A DNA stretch of 64,000 nucleotides from contig CAZINP010000005.1 of the NCBI GenBank assembly GCA_964540635.1, positions 24,890-88,889 on the forward strand. The letters are read 5' to 3'. Below the pieces are notes generated by a model. The model saw only the letters and a list, made by a program, of their open reading frames with translations. It was not told the origin of the DNA and ran no database searches. The DNA comes from an uncultured Gammaproteobacteria bacterium (lineage in GTDB: Bacteria; Patescibacteriota; Patescibacteriia; Buchananbacterales; UBA6539). The translations under genes and the position numbers were made by a program. Positions 59,978 to 64,000 of the stretch are shown piece after piece. Numbering within the stretch: the first letter of the stretch is position 1; each line of letters begins with the position of its first letter.

Positions 59978-60706
59978 TTAATTCTTATTTTTTTCTTTTT
60001 CGGCAACCAACCGAGCGGCTTTCAATAAACTATCAAACGATTCTCCCCCATCGCCCCACCAGCCCTTTAGAATTTCAAAAGTCATGGTCTGCTGCTGACA
60101 ATAAAAATTATTCACATCTGTAATTTCTAGTTCACCGCGGCCGGAAGGCTTTAAGGTTTTAATCACATTCCAAACTTGCTTGTCATACATATAAACACCA
60201 ACAACCGCCAAATCACTCTTTGGCTCCTGAGGTTTTTCTATAATATTTATTATCTTATCTCCCTTAACTTCAGCTACACCAAAAGACTTGGGATTATCAA
60301 CCGATTTAAGAAATATCTTGGCACCAATTTCCTGGGAGGAAAAATCACTAACGGCTTTGGCGATGCTATCTTCCAAAATATTATCGCCCAATATCACACA
60401 AATCTTTTCATGGTCAGAAAAATCCTCACATAAACTTAAAGCCTGGGCAATACCTCCGGCTTCTTCTTGAACGCCAAAAGAAAATTTCGCTCCAAAATCC
60501 TTGCCCGAGCGCAGAAGCTCCAGAAATTGACCGGCATGACCCTTACCGGAAACAATCATTATGTCCTTAACACCGGCTTCAACTAAAGTTTGGATTGGAT
60601 AATAAATCATTGGTTTATTGTAAACCGGCAATAAATGCTTGTTGGTTACCCTGGTTAGTGGATCTAAACGCGAGCCGGTTCCGCCCGCCAAAATAATACC
60701 CTTCAT
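59978..60706 (-). CDS. rfbA: Glucose-1-phosphate thymidylyltransferase (short, SpsI-like)
   Basis: GIILAGGTGSRL.PLT, NKHLLPVY.KPMI and RGELEITDVN motifs. Confidence 0.9.
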   Translation of the reverse strand: MKGIILAGGTGSRLDPLTRVTNKHLLPVYNKPMIYYPIQTLVEAGVKDIMIVSGKGHAGQFLELLRSGKDFGAKFSFGVQEEAGGIAQALSLCEDFSDHEKICVILGDNILEDSIAKAVSDFSSQEIGAKIFLKSVDNPKSFGVAEVKGDKIINIIEKPQEPKSDLAVVGVYMYDKQVWNVIKTLKPSGRGELEITDVNNFYCQQQTMTFEILKGWWGDGGESFDSLLKAARLVAEKEKNKN

Positions 60707-60833
60707 AAATTAAAATTTTAATGTTTTAGCCCTTAATCTAAATAAATACTATAATATAATTAAATTTTTTACAAGTAAAAAAGCTCCGGACAAAAGTCGC
60801 CGGAGCCGGATTTTTAGCCGTTAATATCGGCTG

Positions 60834-61223
60834 TCAGCCGGGCAGACCGCAGGTGCAGTGAGCACCGCACTGGCTGCACATGGGCGCGCCACCTTCGGCC
60901 AGAACAACCTGGACCGGGAAATTCTCAATTTCCACGAGCAACGCGGCATGCTCAGCCTTGAGCTCATCCAGGCGCTGAGCAATCTCAGCTCGACGGGACT
61001 CCAGCCCCGAAATCTGGCCATGGAGATACTGCCAGGGATGACAGACGGGCATTGTGCCCTCGGCATGGAAAAGCTTAATCTGCTCCGCTTCATCCGGAGC
61101 AGTCTCGGCTTCAGTCTTCAGGCGGGCAATTGCCCCGTCAATCTGATCAAGGCGAGACTGAAGCTCGCCGATGCGATCAAAAACTGCTGCGGCCTGGCCG
61201 GCCAAAAACTCTTTTGTTCTCAC
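60834..61223 (-). CDS. GC-rich orphan coiled-coil protein with C-terminal CxxCxxxCxC
   Basis: GTG start after AAGGAG, own promoter and terminator, heptad pattern. Confidence 0.65.
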   Translation of the reverse strand: MRTKEFLAGQAAAVFDRIGELQSRLDQIDGAIARLKTEAETAPDEAEQIKLFHAEGTMPVCHPWQYLHGQISGLESRRAEIAQRLDELKAEHAALLVEIENFPVQVVLAEGGAPMCSQCGAHCTCGLPG

Positions 61224-61312
61224 GGTCAAGTACTCCTTGGGTTTGGGTTGAAAACAAAACACAAAAAACTGTGTTCTACACAGTTTAATGAAAAATTAGA
61301 AAATGTCAAGAG

Positions 61313-62167
61313 TTAAGACAGGTAATCAGACAAAGCCTCAGACCAATCCCTGAGCAATTCAGTCTTGCTATTAATTAAAACCGAATTTTTCGGTCGAGGT
61401 GTTTTGAAAGTATACTCCGAAGAAGAAATCGGCAGAAGATTGATTTTAACCCCTTTTAATTCAAATATTTTTTTAGCAAAATCAAACCACGAAGCAGCCG
61501 GCTCATTGGCTAAGTGATAAATGCCGCAAGGTTTTGATTTTTCGATCAGATTTTTTGTGGCAGCGGCCAAATCTTTTGTATAGGTCGGCTTACCAAATTG
61601 ATCGTTGACCACTTTTAATTCAGATTTTTCGGAAGACAACTTAAGCATTGTTTCAACAAAATTCATCCCCCTTGGCTTGCCAATTTGTGGCGCTTTACCG
61701 TAAAGCCAGGAAGAGCGAATTAAATAAAACATCTCGCAATTTTCCTGCAACAACTTTTCGCCTAAAGCCTTTGACTGGCCATAAGCATTAATCGGATCCG
61801 GCGCATCAGACTCAATGTAACCACCAGCCTTATTTCCCGAAAAAACATACTCGGTACTAAAATGAACAAAAACTGCGTTAATCCCCCTGCAGGCTGAGGC
61901 CAAATATCCAACCGCAAAACCATTTATTTTGTTAGCCAAATCAATATTATCTTGCGCGCCATCAACATCGGTGTAGGCAGCCGCATTAATAACAATATCG
62001 GGATGGAGTTCCCTAATTTTTACTTCAACTGCGCTCTGATCGGTAATATCAAGATTATTTATATCCCAAAGGACGGTTTCTTCACCCAAAAAAATATCCG
62101 CTAAATCGTGTCCGAGCATGCCATTGGCACCTAAGATTAAAATCTTTTTTTTCATATTTATTTCCAA
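61313..62167 (-). CDS. rfbD: dTDP-4-dehydrorhamnose reductase
   Basis: GANGMLG, NAAAYTDVD, YGQSK and VNDQFG.PT motifs; start may be 62155. Confidence 0.95.
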   Translation of the reverse strand: MEINMKKKILILGANGMLGHDLADIFLGEETVLWDINNLDITDQSAVEVKIRELHPDIVINAAAYTDVDGAQDNIDLANKINGFAVGYLASACRGINAVFVHFSTEYVFSGNKAGGYIESDAPDPINAYGQSKALGEKLLQENCEMFYLIRSSWLYGKAPQIGKPRGMNFVETMLKLSSEKSELKVVNDQFGKPTYTKDLAAATKNLIEKSKPCGIYHLANEPAASWFDFAKKIFELKGVKINLLPISSSEYTFKTPRPKNSVLINSKTELLRDWSEALSDYLS

Positions 62168-62841
62168 TTTTTTGCCAATAATTTGGCAATGTATTCCTTA
62201 ATTTCCAGCTGCCGTTTAATCGGATTAGTCAATTCAATATTTAAATATTCAGAAAAATATTTTTGATTTAACTCTGCCAAATAGTCAACTTCCGAAAGTT
62301 GATCTAATACATGAGTACAATGGCCGTTTTTCTTGACGGCACTAATGTGATTGCATCCGACCCTGTACTTCTCAACTGCGTAAACAGTCGTTGGCAAATT
62401 GCCCGGCTTGCAATCTTTCCAAATCATCAAGTGAGACAGATCAATGCATAAACCGCCAAAATCTTTAATTTTACTAAAATTTTTTTCAGAATAAGTTTGC
62501 CAATTATTTTCTATAAACAATTTTTTTCTGTACTTTGATTTTGAAAATCTATTTAAACTGGGATAATGAATGGTAAAAACTCGACTCTTATAGCGACGGG
62601 CAAGGTAATCAAGCTCTTCTTCCGCAAAATCGTGCCTGATATGAACGTGAGGGATTTCATCAACCTCAATCTTTGAGAGTTCATTATAAAATTTTTTTCT
62701 TTGGCCAAAATCTATTCCGGTTAAGAAAATAGAAAAAGTTCTGACCTTTAGGCGTTTAAGTTCTTTAATTCTGGAAAGCCACGGCGTATAGTAAGTAGTG
62801 ACTGATGGGTAAATATTTTTATAAATTTTGTTTTTATCCAT
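62158..62841 (-). CDS. Hypothetical protein, probable xylose-isomerase-like TIM barrel
   Basis: HVHIR, FIEN, LCIDLSH, HIS and NIEL metal-ligand pattern. Confidence 0.5.
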   Translation of the reverse strand: MDKNKIYKNIYPSVTTYYTPWLSRIKELKRLKVRTFSIFLTGIDFGQRKKFYNELSKIEVDEIPHVHIRHDFAEEELDYLARRYKSRVFTIHYPSLNRFSKSKYRKKLFIENNWQTYSEKNFSKIKDFGGLCIDLSHLMIWKDCKPGNLPTTVYAVEKYRVGCNHISAVKKNGHCTHVLDQLSEVDYLAELNQKYFSEYLNIELTNPIKRQLEIKEYIAKLLAKNWK

Positions 62842-62894
62842 TTTTCATTTATTTTTAAATAATAAAATTGGATATATTAAATATCCAATTTATC

Positions 62895-63905
62895 TTACCT
62901 ATTCTTGTATTGCTTCTTGTAGTAGTCCAGATATTCTCCCGATTTAATTTTTTTCCACCAGTCGGGATTATTAATATACCAATCAACGGTTAACTTTAAA
63001 TACGTGTCAAAGCTGTATTCCGGCTCATAGCCAAGCTCGGCCCTGGCTTTTTCCCAATTAACCGCATATCGTCTGTCATGACCGGGACGATCCTTAACAT
63101 ATTCAATTTGCGATTCATCTTTACCTAAAATTGACAATAACTTTTTGACAATTTCCAAATTGCTTACATCTTCTGTACTGCCGCCGATACAATAGGTTTG
63201 ACCAATTCTACCTTTATGAACAATCAAGTCAATTGCTCGACAATGATCATCGACATAAAGCCAGTCTCGCACATACAAGCCATCACCATAAATCGGGACC
63301 TTTCTACCTTCTATAAGATTTGTGATAGCCAAAGGCAAAAGTTTTTCCGGAAATTGATTTGGACCAAAATTATTTGAACAGTTACTAATGGTCGCCTCCA
63401 AGCCATGGGTTTTAAAATATGATCTAACCAAATGATCGGCGGCGGCTTTGGTGGCCGCATATGGATTGTGCGGATTGTAAGGCGTACCTTCATGAAATCT
63501 ATTTTGGCTTTCCAAAGTAAGAGGGCCAAAAACTTCGTCGGTTGAAATTTGATGAAATCTTTTTTTATACTCCCTGGCGGCAGCTAATAAAATTTTTGTG
63601 CCTAAAATATTAGTCCTAATAAATTCAAAGGCGTCATGGATTGACCGGTCAACATGGGATTCAGCCGCAAAATGAATGACGATATCACAATCCTTAACCA
63701 GATCTGAAACAATTTGCGGATCACAAATATCACCCTTTACAAATTTATAATTAGGATGATCTTTTACGGTGACTAAATTTTCTAAATTGCCAGCGTAGGT
63801 TAATTTGTCCAAATTAACTATAAAATCATTTGGATATTTTTTTAACCAATATTTTATAAAATTCGAACCAATAAACCCCGCCCCTCCCGTAACCAAAATT
63901 TTCAT
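62895..63905 (-). CDS. rfbB: dTDP-glucose 4,6-dehydratase
   Basis: TGGAGFIGSNF, DKLTYAGN, AAESHVDRSI and DRPGHDRRYA motifs. Confidence 0.97.
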   Translation of the reverse strand: MKILVTGGAGFIGSNFIKYWLKKYPNDFIVNLDKLTYAGNLENLVTVKDHPNYKFVKGDICDPQIVSDLVKDCDIVIHFAAESHVDRSIHDAFEFIRTNILGTKILLAAAREYKKRFHQISTDEVFGPLTLESQNRFHEGTPYNPHNPYAATKAAADHLVRSYFKTHGLEATISNCSNNFGPNQFPEKLLPLAITNLIEGRKVPIYGDGLYVRDWLYVDDHCRAIDLIVHKGRIGQTYCIGGSTEDVSNLEIVKKLLSILGKDESQIEYVKDRPGHDRRYAVNWEKARAELGYEPEYSFDTYLKLTVDWYINNPDWWKKIKSGEYLDYYKKQYKNR

Positions 63906-64000
63906 AACTTCTTATCTAATTTTAATCTAAAATAATAAAATGAAACAATTGTTGGTGCATCTTTAATGACGCCAGTTTCAATCATTTTAACGATTCTTTT
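63902..64000 (-). CDS. C-terminal end of an upstream gene, possibly a NUDIX hydrolase (partial)
   Basis: KRIVKMIETGVIKDAPTIVSFYYFRLKLDKKL*; its stop overlaps the rfbB ATG; resembles the C-terminus of ADP-ribose pyrophosphatases. Confidence 0.5.
   Translation of the reverse strand, partial: KRIVKMIETGVIKDAPTIVSFYYFRLKLDKKL

Overview
AT-rich bacterial chromosome segment, standard genetic code. Gene content and style point to a Patescibacteria (CPR, Parcubacteria/ABY1-like) genome; this is an inference from the archaeal-type UMP kinase, the secretin-less type IV pilus operon, the PEGA, C39 and PP2C-like surface proteins, and A/T-rich leaders without Shine-Dalgarno motifs. Housekeeping content: two peptidoglycan/division blocks (mraZ-rsmH-ftsL-ftsI-murF and mraY-murD-ftsW-murG-murC-murB), murA, mltG, uppP, secA, rplJ/rplL with an L10-type leader, rpmA, rplI, pyrG, pyrH, mutM, a pilB-pilC-minor pilin-pilMNO operon, an Rrf2-iscU-nfu-iscS operon and rfbB/rfbD/rfbA. 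No rRNA, tRNA, CRISPR array or transposase was recognised. Two things stand out. (1) A ~7.6 kb block (47.7-55.3 kb) encodes a split, apparently modular dikinase-like system: one stand-alone PEP-synthase-type ATP-grasp protein, three paralogs with a large helical domain plus a C-terminal phospho-His swivel domain, an Mmp4/MtxX-like protein and an M29 aminopeptidase, running into an acylphosphatase. (2) Six dispersed, GC-richer single-gene cassettes each carry a consensus sigma70 promoter, a strong Shine-Dalgarno motif (which the native genes I inspected lack) and a terminator. One is a divergent dnaA paralog with an in-frame stop at the end of domain I and no arginine finger.
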